Below, piece by piece: positions 1 to 60,200 of a stretch of 64,000 nucleotides of DNA. This stretch comes from Eledone cirrhosa (taxonomy: Eukaryota): positions 287,122,001 through 287,186,000 of the forward strand of contig OZ024740.1 in the NCBI GenBank assembly GCA_964016885.1, written 5' to 3'. The translations under genes and the position numbers were made by a program. Numbering within the stretch: position 1 is the stretch's first letter; the number at the start of each line of letters is the position of its first letter. The notes beneath the pieces were generated by a model. It worked only from the letters and a program-made list of their open reading frames with translations, was not told the origin of the DNA and made no database searches.

Positions 1-339
1 CATTTTCTGTTAGAAATAGTGTTGAACTTTGTTTAGGGTCCTTCTATGTGTGATTTGTGTGTGTTTTTTTGTATGCATGTGTGTATAGATATGTGATTCC
101 ACCTACTCCACTTTCAGTAGCCTTCATTCCATCAGAATAAGAACATCCATCACATGTTGATTCTTTCAGCTTGTTGGATCTACACTGTATCCTATATCAT
201 TGGCTGAATTATCTGCTGATTCTTTTATAAAGAAGCACAACTGGATATGTTACTTTATTCTATGTGTGTAAACCATTAAAGTTTGAAAGTTAGAGGGAAG
301 ATGTTTATTTAACACACAGCAACATGTAACAACATCATC

Positions 340-1160
340 TTGCATCCCTCTCTAACATCACACATTATTATGCAGATGATACCATCATTCATCCATTAAC
401 CTCCCACTCATAGGTATCATTTGATGCAACCTACACACCCCTATACCAGACCTGCACTAGCTTCATAAAAAGCTTGAAAATCTCTTTCAATGGGGACATG
501 ACAACGTATCTCTGTTAATAGCTCAAAGATAATCACTGCACATATTTTGGAAACAGTCATGTATGTCCTTGTCTCTAGTCATGAATAGCATTCAACTAAA
601 GTCTTCAATGTTACTACAAAGGCTAGGCCTCACATCTCTGATGATCTCTGAAAGTGACCTCATATATATCATATTGCCAAAACCGTATAAAAAACAGTAG
701 AATTCCTTTTTAGGATCAGGAAATACCTGAGTTATTGATGCTCAAATCAAGTAAGACCTCTACTGGAATGCTGTTCTTATATCTGGGATGGTGTTGATAC
801 TACATACACAGATAGCCTGAACCATATTCCAAAGAAGATTATTTAACTGATTGGCAAAGTCTCATTTCTTAACACACTACAACCTTTGTCCTACAGATGT
901 TCTCTCTCCCCGTGCTGCCTCTTCTACTGCTACTATATCAGTATCTGCTCTTTTGAAACAGCTAGCTGCATACTTTCTCCACCCTAGCCCACCTGTCGCT
1001 TCCTCACATCTTTCTGAAACAATGCAAAACCCTGCACTAAATACATCACCCAATTGGTTTCTCTCCAGAACTACAACCCTGCAGAATTCCTTCCTTGTTC
1101 ATGCATTTCTTGCAAATATTGGTCTGAAAATGTTCAAACTGAACATCAATCTCACTAACT
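340..1160 (+). mobile_element. Highly degenerate CR1/L2-group LINE RT 3' fragment
   Basis: YADDT (tatgcagatgatacc, ~369) and a downstream LECCSYIWDG-like remnant; many stops; boundaries approximate. Confidence 0.5.
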
Positions 1161-1496
1161 CAGGATATATCTACAAAGATCATTGACACTGCTACTACAC
1201 CTATCACTAATTTATATATATATAACAGATGAGGTCTGTGTAGAATGATTTAAAAGTACTCATGTTGAAAAGAGGTATATATCAGAATTGATAAAAATCA
1301 TATGAGCCACTTGCTGTGAAAATCAGCTACCCATGACCACACAGGATTGATTTGTGGCTACACAATAAAGACAACAAACTGGCACAAGAAGCAAATGAAT
1401 AGCACATTCTTGGTTTATGTTAGGGGACAGAGGATCAAATACGAAATGTGAAAAGATAGATCCGGATCAGTGATTTGTAGATGTTGAACTTTATAC

Positions 1497-1686
1497 TACA
1501 AGACTCAACTGAAAGTTCATAGGCTGTCATACTCTCATGAAATGACCAAATGAGGTTTATTTGTCAACATGGAAAGAAACAATGCATTTATTAATAAAAA
1601 GAGTTGAAATTAATACATGTAAGATATCACAGCTATGGCATTACTCCTTCATAATCACCCTATGAACTTTTCAGCCAACCCTCATA
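1497..1686. mobile_element. Tc1/mariner-type MITE, copy 1
   Basis: TA-flanked TIRs ..CTGAAAGTTCATAGG / CCTATGAACTTTTCAG..; same family at 3284-3670 and 7315-7477. Confidence 0.7.
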
Positions 1687-2540
1687 TTTCCTGTCCAGTA
1701 TCAGCAGTCACATGGAACTTAGAGGTATGCTTAGAAGTTGCTCCTTGCTATAGAGCAGAAGTATATGTGGTTGTAGTGATGTAGTAATTACTGTAGCCAC
1801 AGTAGTTACTCACTTTACCTTGTTAGCAATAAACTGTTTATTTTGGAGTGTGTCAGAGGTGATATGTTCTGGTTGTCCATGAGACCCTTTCGTGTAAGCC
1901 CTATATGAAACATAGGGTACCATGCATATTCCTCCTTTACTGAGAAGAAAATGCAAACTTTTTGGGGCCATCAGGATCGTGATGAAACATTCTAAAACAA
2001 GTAGAGAACTGAAATTATGCAGGTATATATGTGATCTAAGGGAGTAACTCAGAAGCAGGTAGGTACCCTATTTTTTAATGTCTTTCACCATCCAATAAAG
2101 ATTTTCTTGCCTGAAAGAGGTTTTAACTTTGAAAAGATCAATGACCATTAATATATAAACTTATATATATGTAAGGAAGTCAGGCTAGATGTTTTGTTAA
2201 GACCCAGGTTAGCCCTCACCATACATACCTATGATAAAAGGCATTTCAATCTTGATTATTCCTTTTTGTTTTTTTGTATATCCAAGATTACATTATCCTT
2301 CCATTTTTAAACTGTGATTTGAGGGAGGTCTGGCTGTTGTTTCTAGCTGACCAGGCGCCTTGTAAAACTCTTTTTTTTTTTTTTTTTTTTTAGTTGTTTC
2401 AATTATTCCTACTATTTACCAAAATCTTTATTTGAGCCACAAAAGAACCCCTTTGTGGTTATAGGGCCTGAAAGAACTAGCCACCAAATTCTCTCAAGCA
2501 ACACTTAAAAAAAAATAGACACATTGGACAGGGAGGTCGT

Positions 2541-2607
<67 letters not shown>

Positions 2608-3283
2608 ATGAGATGGCTATAACTGAAATGCTAAATGTCTGCTTGATCAAAGCTAACTTTAAGCTGAATAACAATATTTTTTTTGTTCCTTTTTTTTTAC
2701 ATAAATATGTACATTTATTGTCAAATGTTTGAAAGAAGAAAGGGGAGATGTTACTTCACTCCATGAACAGCAAGGATCACTGAGAGCAAATTATAGACTT
2801 CTGGGAATCATAAAATAAATTTAATGATATAATCACACACATGGTAGGTAAATTATCCCTTGTGATCAAGGAAGATGTTTACCTAATAGTAGATGCTTGT
2901 GAATGATGAATGTAACATAGAACAGACTGTTGTACAGCCTGCTATCTCACACAGCCCATAATTTATATTATGAACCCAATAACAAAGTAAGCTGAGTTGA
3001 TTGGGGGAACTGTGATGTAAGGCTGAATATTGACATGGCTTCTGCAGAGTCTCAGGAGGAATTACCTCAGCACTGTAAGCTAACTAACAACTTGATATCT
3101 CTGTAGTTCCACTGTTAACAGTTGTTCTTATTTGCAGCTTGGTGGGCTGAACCTTTGGAGAGTTAAGTGTCTTGACCACTGACACAATGCAGTGCACTAA
3201 TGACAAAACATGAAGCACCAATCTCTATGCCTTCTTTTTATTCATTCACACATGTGTACATGTGATTTATCTACAGCTTTCTT

Positions 3284-3670
3284 TACGAGGTTCTGCTGAA
3301 AAGTTCATACGCTGAACAAGATTCTTTCATGGAATGACTAAATGAGGTATATTTTTCAACATAGTCCCTGGAAAGAAACAATGCAGTTATTAATAAGAAG
3401 AGTTGAAATTAATTGTTTCTACTTTAGGCACAAGGCCAGCAATTATTATCCAGTGCATTACTGGTACTTTATTTTATCGACCCCGTAAGGATGAAAGGCA
3501 AAGTCAACCTCGGCGGGATTTGAACTCAGATCGTAAAGGGACGTAGCTATGCTGGAAAGCATGGCGTCCGACCCTTTAAAAGAAGAGTTGAAATTAATGC
3601 AGGCAAGATTTCACAGCTCTAGCATCACTTCTTCATAGTTTGCCTATGAACTTTTCAGCTGACCCTTGTA
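3284..3670. mobile_element. Tc1/mariner-type MITE, copy 2, interrupted by a SINE (3414-3579, -)
   Basis: TACGAGG..CTGAAAAGTTCATA / TATGAACTTTTCAG..CCTTGTA; the SINE is flanked by the 19-bp duplication AAGAAGAGTTGAAATTAAT (3395-3413, 3580-3598). Confidence 0.78.
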
Positions 3671-4687
3671 TGTTATATAACCATGACTGTTATATACCCT
3701 ATTGTAAACATGAACAAAATGACTCCAATCCAATGTTATTCGTCAACTCATTCAAATACCATCTGTTAGCCTAAATCTAATATATACAAACCACACTAGG
3801 CATAAAGGAAAAAACTAATAAGATCCTTCAGAACTATACTCCAAATTACACTACCATACATAACAATAATTAAATCTATACTAATTACTGTTATGAAGGG
3901 GCAGGCATCATCAGGCTACAGCTGTCATATTACATGGTTTTTATATATCTGCAGCAACCACTACTCTGTTACATATTGTCAGCTATGAACTGAACTGAAG
4001 TATAATTTTGGTAGTGGCCAGTAGCATCACTCTCCTTTACCAGTGTCAAGCAGCATGGCACTATCTGGGAATGGCAGGGTACCTAGAAATAGCTGCCAAA
4101 TCTCCCTCAAAATCATACCTACCACTTTAAAAAAACTGATACATTGGATAAAGTAGCCCTAGATACACAATGTTTAAAAAGAGACAGGGTGGGCAGTGAT
4201 GAAATATTTTTGATCTTAGGTCTACCTGATCAAAGATAACCTTGGTTAAACAACAATAACTTCTTTAGTACTTCATGTTTGAAGGACAATGTCTCTATAT
4301 ATATATTGCCTTTATACAAGTCAACAAGTAAGCCTCTATGTGATGAGTTGATCTGTTAGAAATGGTAAATAAATCTCCCTCAAATTGAATTCTACCATCT
4401 TATATAAGGAAAGGATACCTTGGATAATGTATTCTTAGGTATTTTCTTAAAAGGATGGTGTCATCACAGCTGAAACATGTTTGATCATAGGTCTGCCCAA
4501 TCAGTGTAGATCTAGAGATAAACAACAGCATTACCTGTATACATAATGTTTTATAATGTTTCCAACATGGAAAAATAGACTGATGACGATGACAATGATG
4601 ATGGTGTGTGTGGAAGAAGCCTACAATAACAAACTGTTACTATTGACCTTGTGTATTATTAATTATTGTGGTTTGTTTCTTTCATAG

Positions 4688-51766
<47,079 letters not shown>

Positions 51767-53745
51767 GTGGGTACAGAATTCTGGCGTAGTTTACATTTTT
51801 TATTAAAAACAAATGGACCTATGTTGTTCTGTAGTTTTTGTTTAGACCCCACCCCTCATCCAAGTCAGCCCGATGATGAAAAGTATTCCAAACATGACCA
51901 TTCCAACTATTTGTTTTTCAGTCTATTGAGGATGGCATTATATGATTTGGTGGGAGATTTTTGGTTATTTCTGGCAGGTCAAATGTCCACACAGAAGTTT
52001 CCTCATTAGCTCAGCTTGTTCTATGGGGATTTGTTGTTTATGGTTTATTATTGGTAACTTTCCCTTCAGTACTTTTAGCAGAGTCCACTTTGTTGCAAAC
52101 ATTTGGATCAGATCACCATTTGAAGATACTTTCATCTCACCAATCTCAGAGCTCATCAAAATTATAATCAGCACAGCCATTTCATCCTCTAAACTTAAAA
52201 TTTTTGTTTTAAATACCATCCAACCCTTACGAGCATGGAGAACAGACATTAACCCATTAGCATTTACATTAATCTATATTTACTATTGTATTTTCATGGT
52301 AAACAATTTACCTCACAAAATATGAAATCTATGAGATTGATATTATTTATTTTGAGAACAATACGTTAACATAAGTATGAGAAGCTGGTTTGAACAGAAA
52401 GAGGTGAGAGAATTCTGGCTGGTTTAAATACTAAATGCTAATGTTGTTGGTGATGAAAAAGAGGACAGGCACTCTCGTCAGTGGAGTCTTGTTTAGAATG
52501 AACATAACATATATAATGGGAGCAATGTATCTTCCAACTTTTTCTTGCTGTAAATATTGCTTATACAGAGAATATGCTGAATGGCAAAAAGGGGATTTAT
52601 TTAGTGTCTTATTAGTTCTGAGAATAGAAGAAGCTGTTATAATAGAAAAGGTAATACCTATATAAATTGTTAATGAAATGGTGAGCTAAATGCTGGCAAT
52701 TGGCCAGTTGAAAACTTTTTGTATTGTCAATACTCATTATTTTCCATTTCTTAGAGGGAGTTCTAAACTCCACTAACAAGCTAATATTTCTTTAGTAAAA
52801 AAATACAGCAAAAGCTTCTAATTTCAAACTCACTTGCTGTTTCAAAACAAACTTGTCATTATAATATTCATTTCTTAATGAGTTGTTTAAACCAATGGTT
52901 TCTGTTTATGTCCGAAAATGAAAAAAAGAATTAATTCCCACTAATATATTCATAAAGAGAACAAATATAAATTAGATTAGGTAGGTAGTACCTATTCAAC
53001 ATAGTGTGATGCCAAGTTAGATTTGTATGGATATACAAGGAAATAAATGCAACTAAAAATTAGTAAATTATTGGTGGCATTAACCAAGTGATTATAAGTA
53101 GAATTTTCATGTTTTTAAAATTGATCCACTCCAATTTTGAAGTGGGAATATCAAACTTAACTGGCTCAGTGTTCATAAGAGACATTCAGCTGTTTAGACC
53201 CCTCCCCCCAAGGGGGGGGGGGGGGGGTTTAAGTGACATCGCCTAACAGGATTCAGCTTCCAATTAGGTAACCTCTGCATGTTTTGAGTACTTTTTCCTC
53301 TATCTCTTTTTCACTCAAATTGCCTTTGTAAGTTACTGTTGCACACAGACTAAAGAGTATTCAATGTGTGTAGAGTAATATATTTTTTTTATTTTGTTAC
53401 AATTATTCCATTACCCAGTTTCCCACTAGATGGCTACATTCAGGTGTCACAAAAAAATTATAAATCTATCTAATGAACTCAAAACAGTGAAATAACATCT
53501 GAATGATCAATTGAACATCGACATGTTTAAAACAAAGTTTCAGATGTATATGACTTTGACATTAAATCATCATTTAAAATCTGATTTCCCTGCTAGCAAA
53601 GGTTGGATGGATCATCACAGACCATGTCAGTACTTGAGGCTACTGACCTCTAAGCCAGATGCATTTTATCGTGGCAACCATTTTTTTAATGACCTCTTCA
53701 TACAAGTTGGTATAAAACTAAGTATTGGATATAATAGAACAATAA

Positions 53746-55081
53746 CACTAGTCAACAAAATTTTGCTTTTTTTTCTGCTTACCTAAGTTTGAGACCTGTT
53801 CTTGTAATTTGGGGAATACTTTTTTCTACCACATTATGATGTGGCAGGTTTGTTAAAAGCAATGGGTGCTCTACAGTATGATCCTCATGAATGGAGACTC
53901 TGTATAGATAGTTCAAAAAGAGTCTAAAATGTGTATTACTCCATAATGGAAACTTGTTAGATGCAATTCCTATTGGTCACTCAGTGCACTTAAAAGAGAA
54001 ACATAAAAACTGTATAAGATTTACTCAAGTATGATGAACACAAATGGGACATGTATGGATATGAAAATGGTCAACTTTTTACTTGGCCAACAAGGAGGGT
54101 ATACGAAATATATAGGTTTCCTGTGTTTATGGGATAGCCAAGTGAAAGACAAACATTGGGAACAGAAGCCAGTTAGAAAAGGTTTGACTGTTGGGGAGAA
54201 AAATATCATACACTAAACCACTTGTTGGGCAAAAGAAAATCATCTTCCCACCCTTCGTATTAAACTAGGACAAAGGAAGCAGTTCATCAAAGCTTTTATG
54301 TGGAGGGTGGTTGCTTCAAATTCATATGTACAACATTTCCTGGACTAAGTTATGATAAAATAAAGGCTGGTATTTTTGATGAGACACAAATCAGAAAGTT
54401 AATGAAATGCCAAAACTTCTCGAGCTCAATGACTGACGTAGAAAAAAGAACATGGGATTCATTTGTATCTGTTGTGAAAGGATTTTGGCGAAACAAAAAG
54501 GCTGCAAACTACAAGGATTTGGTGGAGACATTGCTTGATAGCTTTTATAAGCGTAAAGATTCATCTCAATGAATTTTCTGCTAATCTTGGAGGCGTGAGT
54601 GATGAGCATGGTGAGTACTTCCATCAAGATATCATGGTTATGGAAGAGAGATATCAAGGTAGATGAAATACACACATGATGGCAAACTACTGTTGGAGTA
54701 TTCAAAGTGACTATGTAGAGATGAAACACTCTAGGCGCTCTCGTAAGCGAAAATTTGTTCCATGAATACATTGGTTAGTGTATGATTGTTTGTGTTTTAT
54801 CCATTTTATTTGAACATTAACAAGATGTATTTAATAAAAGGTGAGGTCATTTTATATTTCATCTATCATATCAGATTCTATTGACATTATAACTTATGGT
54901 TTCAAGCTATAGGACTTAGTAATCCTAAGTAAATTATATTATTCATACAGTGCATAATAAAAATAGGGATGTGCTATAGAATGAAAACCTGATGTGTTAG
55001 GGAAAAAAAAATGGATGTCATATTTGAAATCAGCACCCTAAAAACAACAAAACCTAAGTCAGCAAAAAGTGTTGACCAGTG
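53746..55081 (+). mobile_element. Chapaev3-like (CMC) DNA transposon, internally deleted, pseudogenised transposase
   Basis: TIRs CACTAGTCAACA / TGTTGACCAGTG; TAA TSD; motifs EWRL.IDSSK, LLHNGN, LLGQQGGYTKY..FLCLWDS, KIKAGIFD..QIRKL, NLGGVSDEHGEYFHQDI..MEERYQGR, M.NYCW; family assignment is from recalled motifs. Confidence 0.85.
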
Positions 55082-57161
55082 TAATTAATCTTTATATATA
55101 TATAAACATTATCATACTTCTTATTTATCTCTTCAATTATGGATGAAGATTTTTCATTGCTCAGTAAAGAAATAACCAAAACACCACACATACAAACACA
55201 CAGCTTCTATTAACTGAAAACTTACTCTTTCTGATGAAAGTTGATAAAATCATAGACATATTTTATTTCTTCTGGAAAAGAGAAAAAGACATTTTTTTTT
55301 CCCCCTTTACATCTTGAATGAAAATCCATACATGTATTGATAGATTGAGGTGTTAGCATGGGGAAAAAACCACTAGAGTAACTTTCCACCAAAATACATG
55401 CATACTCAAAGAGTGACTGTTTTTATTTATTTCATCACAAATCAAGGTAGCAAGTGAAAAAGGGATTTTTTTTTTTCAAAGTTGATGATTCTTTAGGTCT
55501 ATTCTGAAGGTGAAAATATAGAGTGAGGGGCAAGAAAAGTATTCTGAATAATTAAATACAGCAGAAGTTTCAAAAATAAATAAGACTATTAAGAATTTCT
55601 TAAATGGCTAATGAAATCTTTGGCAAGTAATGTTGTCTATCCTAAGAAAACAATGTAATGTCTGTCAATAGTTGGATATCAACTCAAAAACAAAATCTGG
55701 TATATAATCAATAATAATAATAAATGTTGCCAGAAGGCCACAGATTTAGAAGGGGAGTGATATGGTCATTTTAAATGATTCCTTTACTTGACAAAAACTT
55801 ATTTCATCAATAACGGATGAATGAAAATCAAAGTCAACCTTGGTAGAATTAGGATTCCAAACCTCAAGACTGTCACAAATGCCCAAAGGCATTTTTCTCA
55901 AGTAATTATCTAATTACTCAAGAAATCCAATGCCCTATTAATAATAATGGATTTAACATAAGTGCAAAACCATAAATGGGATAGGGGTGGGAGTCAATAA
56001 TATAAGGGGTGTAATTAAACTTTACAAGGTATATTTTTCAAGAGTCTATTGATTCTTCCATCCACCACCTTAATAGTAATCATTTCTAACATAAGCCACA
56101 AACTTTCAGTCTATTTAATTGACCTTAGTAATTGGTTGGTGCTTATTTTCTCAACTCTGCAAGGATGAAGGACTTTCCTAGTCCTCAATCAGATTCCAAC
56201 TTAGAATGCAAAGGAATGTAGCTAAATACTGCAAAGCATTCCGTTCAACATCTAACAATTCTGCCAATCCACCATCCTCTAATAAGCAAGAGAAGTTAAG
56301 CTGATAGAATTAGATGTCTTGGGGGTATATGTCAGTAACAAGATACAAATTTAAAAATCCCTGACACTAGATGAGTGATAGCCTATGCACTTGCTTTGTA
56401 ATACCATGAGTAATAAGTAGGGACAAACTAAAATTTATGGATGGATGGAGGGAGGGGGCAATACTTTTCCTTCAAGCATGAGAAGTATATATGAAATAAT
56501 CTAAATTAAAAAATAAAATCTGGGTTTATGAAGTAATTTGCCAAGAACTTACTGCCACTTCTTCATAAGTTATCACCACAGAATTAATAATGATGATAAT
56601 AATCATTTCTTAAATTGGCACAAGGCCAGACATTTTATCAACCCTAAAGGAATGAAAGTCAAAGTCAACCTCAACGGGATTTAAACTTAGAATGTAAAGG
56701 GACATAACTAAATACCACAAGGCATTTTGTCCACTGCTCTATTGCTTCTACCAGTCTGCTTGCTCTGATAAATATAGTAAATAATTTTGGTTAACAATGT
56801 TTAATAATTGAATAGAAATTATATTTTTTATGAAAACCATATGCAAACTGTTACAATGCTTAACTGATGTGATACATGTATTTATAGGGTAAAATGTTCA
56901 TCAAAAACCATTTTGTCATTGTTAAATGAAAGGTCAATGACGAATAATTTGGTAATTTTAGAGAAATAATGATTGAGGGAGGAGGGGCGGGGAACTAAAA
57001 GTTAGTATGACTTTAGTTAAGTTGAGTGACTTCAACCGAGACACATTAGAGCTGCAAGGAGAAGGTTATTGGATCATTGACAAACCATGTCATGTGAGTG
57101 AGTGCTGAGATCATTAGAGCAAAAACACTCAGCACAGAAGCTCTGAATCTAAGACTCCTTC

Positions 57162-57282
57162 TCAACTGACATTGGCAACTGTCCATTTGTAGAATCGATA
57201 GCAGCCCCATGAGAATATTCCAATCAGAGAAGCACGGAACGTCCAGCGAAACAAGCGGCCAGCAATTGATGGAGGTGGACAC
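57162..57282 (-). CDS. TRABD: TRABD last coding exon (CPPPSIAGRLFRWTFRASLIGIFSWGCYRFYKWTVANVS*)
   Basis: tttcag acceptor, TGA stop; PPPS..GR followed by a hydrophobic anchor. Confidence 0.9.
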
Positions 57283-60200
57283 CTGAAATAAAATGCAAAC
57301 AGAAAAATGAAGGACAAGAAATTGAGCATTGATACAAGGAGAATATTGGATTCATTACTTCACTGATATATATTTAAACTTTGATGAGATTTAAACTCAA
57401 AATATAAAGAGACTAAATACTACAAAGTATCCTGTCTAGTGCTCAATTGATTCTGCCATAGAGTACCTTAATCATCACCATTAACATCATTTAACATCTA
57501 TTTCCCCTGCTAGCAAGTCAGTACTTAGTTGGAACCACTGACCTCTCAGACAGGTCAGGGGATATATTTCACTTACATTCCTGTATTCTACAGAGTGTAC
57601 TGGGAGTGAATTATTATTGTAACAGCACTAGGGAGGTTGTCAGATCTTGATCCTTTGTTTGGCAAGTTTTTAATGGCTGGATGTCTTTCCTATCTCTAAC
57701 CAGTTTAAATTTGTTTTTTCTCGTGTTGGCTGGGTCTTGTCACTTATCATGGTCTATATCATCTGGCACACACAGCAACAAAAAAAATACAACCAGCTTT
57801 GCTGTGTGTGTCTTACAGTGTGGACTCAGTACATTTTACCATGTCATCGACACTGGAGAGTCAGTTCTCCCTAACTATATCAACTTTTATTTGGAGTTAT
57901 TACTCTTTTAAATGAATAACCTGTGAAGTGGAATGCATTGGTATCAGGAAAGGCATAAGGTTATGGAAAAACTGCCTGCAAAAAATCTTATTCAATCCAT
58001 AGCATGGTGAAGTGAATATAAAAAGGATGGTGATGATAATGATGACAGCATAAGTCCACTTATGCTGTCATCATTATCATCACCATCCTTTTTATATTCA
58101 CTTCACCATGCTGATATGGATTGGATAAGATTTTTTGCAGGCAGTTTTTCCATAACCTTATGCCTTCCCTGATACCAATGCATACATTTTCTTTTTAAGT
58201 ATAATATATACCAATCATCATTGTCAAAGTGGTTAGCTGCAGGACATAAACAAATGTCATTGCTTGCTTTTAAGCAGCGTTAGTATGAAGACACAAAAGA
58301 ATATATGGAGCCATATAGCCTTTATTCTGAACCATACTGTGTTAGGCTTGGGTTATGATTGAAGACATGTTTGTAGCCAAGGTTAAACATAATGTGATTG
58401 AACTCAGAATCTTATAGAGAAGTGAAATCTTTCTCACGCATCCATATTATGAAGATACATGGAATTATAGAATAAAAGACAATCATCAAAGAAGAATAAA
58501 ATTTAATCCTGTGTTGGTTCAATAGAATTTATCAGCGTTTATAAGGAAAATAATTTATAAAGAAATACTTACTTCATAATTTCTTTAATATCACAGTCTT
58601 TATCCCAGTTCTGTACAATTCCAGGTATGTGGCCAAGACCAACAACACCAACAACAACTGGATTGGTCTTATCTAAAAAGAAACACAAAAATGATATGAA
58701 TATATGGGTTCTCTGATATGTTCTCAGTTCATAACCACCACACCAGGGTCAACTTTGCTAACCCTCTTTGGAGGTTTAATTATTTTAATAATTGCTCTTG
58801 TACCTTGTCAATTCTACTGTTATGATTACTCTATGTTTGACATCTACTTTATTAGTGAACAAATGGTATAGACCAATTGGTAGAGATAAAGGAAATAAAA
58901 CTTGTCTTTAGAGAGTTGGAACTCATCTAAAGGTAAATAGTTAAAGAGAAAACAAAGATATAGATTGACTCTACCTCATATAACAATGGGGATTGTTTAA
59001 AATATATTTCATCCAGTTAACAGAACAACTGGAATCCTCATCGAAACTGACAAAAGATCCCTCTATTCTATCTCCTCACTGTATTATAGTGTAAATGGTT
59101 GAGTATCCCACAGACAATTGTACCCTTAATATAATCCTCAGGCAAAAAGTGTAAATAGCCCTTTTGAAGTCTATCTGAAAGATTTCTGTTAACCAAATTT
59201 CACTCACACAACTAAAGTCAACTTGAGGGTATTGTAGAAGACACTTGCTCAAGGTGTTAAACACCAGGATAAAAAATAGGACTTTATTATTCAAAGCAAA
59301 GCAAAACTCAGTTATGCAACATTGAATAATGGCCTTAATACTACGTCTAGTCATTGTGGTATGTAGTGATATCTGAGTAAATAGGGTTTCAGTGTCTTGG
59401 ATTTGTAGACTTTAAGTTGGTATATTAATTATGCAATGGAGTATCTCTGAATCAAGACAATGAACCCTTCCTACCTCAGTTAAACTTTACTTCACAGACT
59501 GAAAACCAAAGAAGAAAATAAAATGAAACATTTTCTAAAAAGGTACGCTACTAATGAATGAGAACTATGGCAGAATGAAAAATGGCATTTTTATAAATTA
59601 TTGGTTTTGATAAGATACCTTTAGAGAACTTTCTATATGTAGTCTCTTAAATAAATGTCGTCTCTTTTCTCCCCTCTATTACTATGGCATCAGCATTTGG
59701 TCAGATAACCACTCACTCACATGCCCTCTCAACTTTCTCTCCCCAACTTCACTAAGAAACAATATACTGTTCACTTGCAATTTTTTTAACACACCCCACC
59801 AAAAAAATTGCTATAGTATAGCTTAATATTTCCCCAATTGGATTGTTCTTCCATAGATGAAGAGAATAATGATTAACATCATAACCAGCATCACTGCCAA
59901 GTGTTTTTTCATGTTAAAACTATGTGGAATAAGTTTGCACTATGACATCTCTCAATACATGGAGGTTAATGAAACAAATACCAGTAATATACTAAAACTG
60001 ATTCAATCTATATATAAATTTCTGCGATTCTGTCACAACACGTGAAGTGAGTGGAGTACTTTGACTACCTCGTACTACTTCTCGCTTATTGCCTGCTGCC
60101 TACGTGAATGTATGTGTGTAAAAGAAAGAAAGGGGACGTATGTGTGTGTTTGTGTTAACGTGAGTGTTTGTATAAATATATGTGTGTTTCTGTGAATGTA

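Noticed and set aside
632-665. CTGATGA...GAAA hammerhead-like core
   Set aside because: No stem II or stem I pairing; lies within a degenerate LINE RT remnant.
1-4687. GK5 exons 1-2 (DVG.. / P..GWVEIDP motifs)
   Set aside because: No matching spliceable exon found by eye; presumed upstream of the window.
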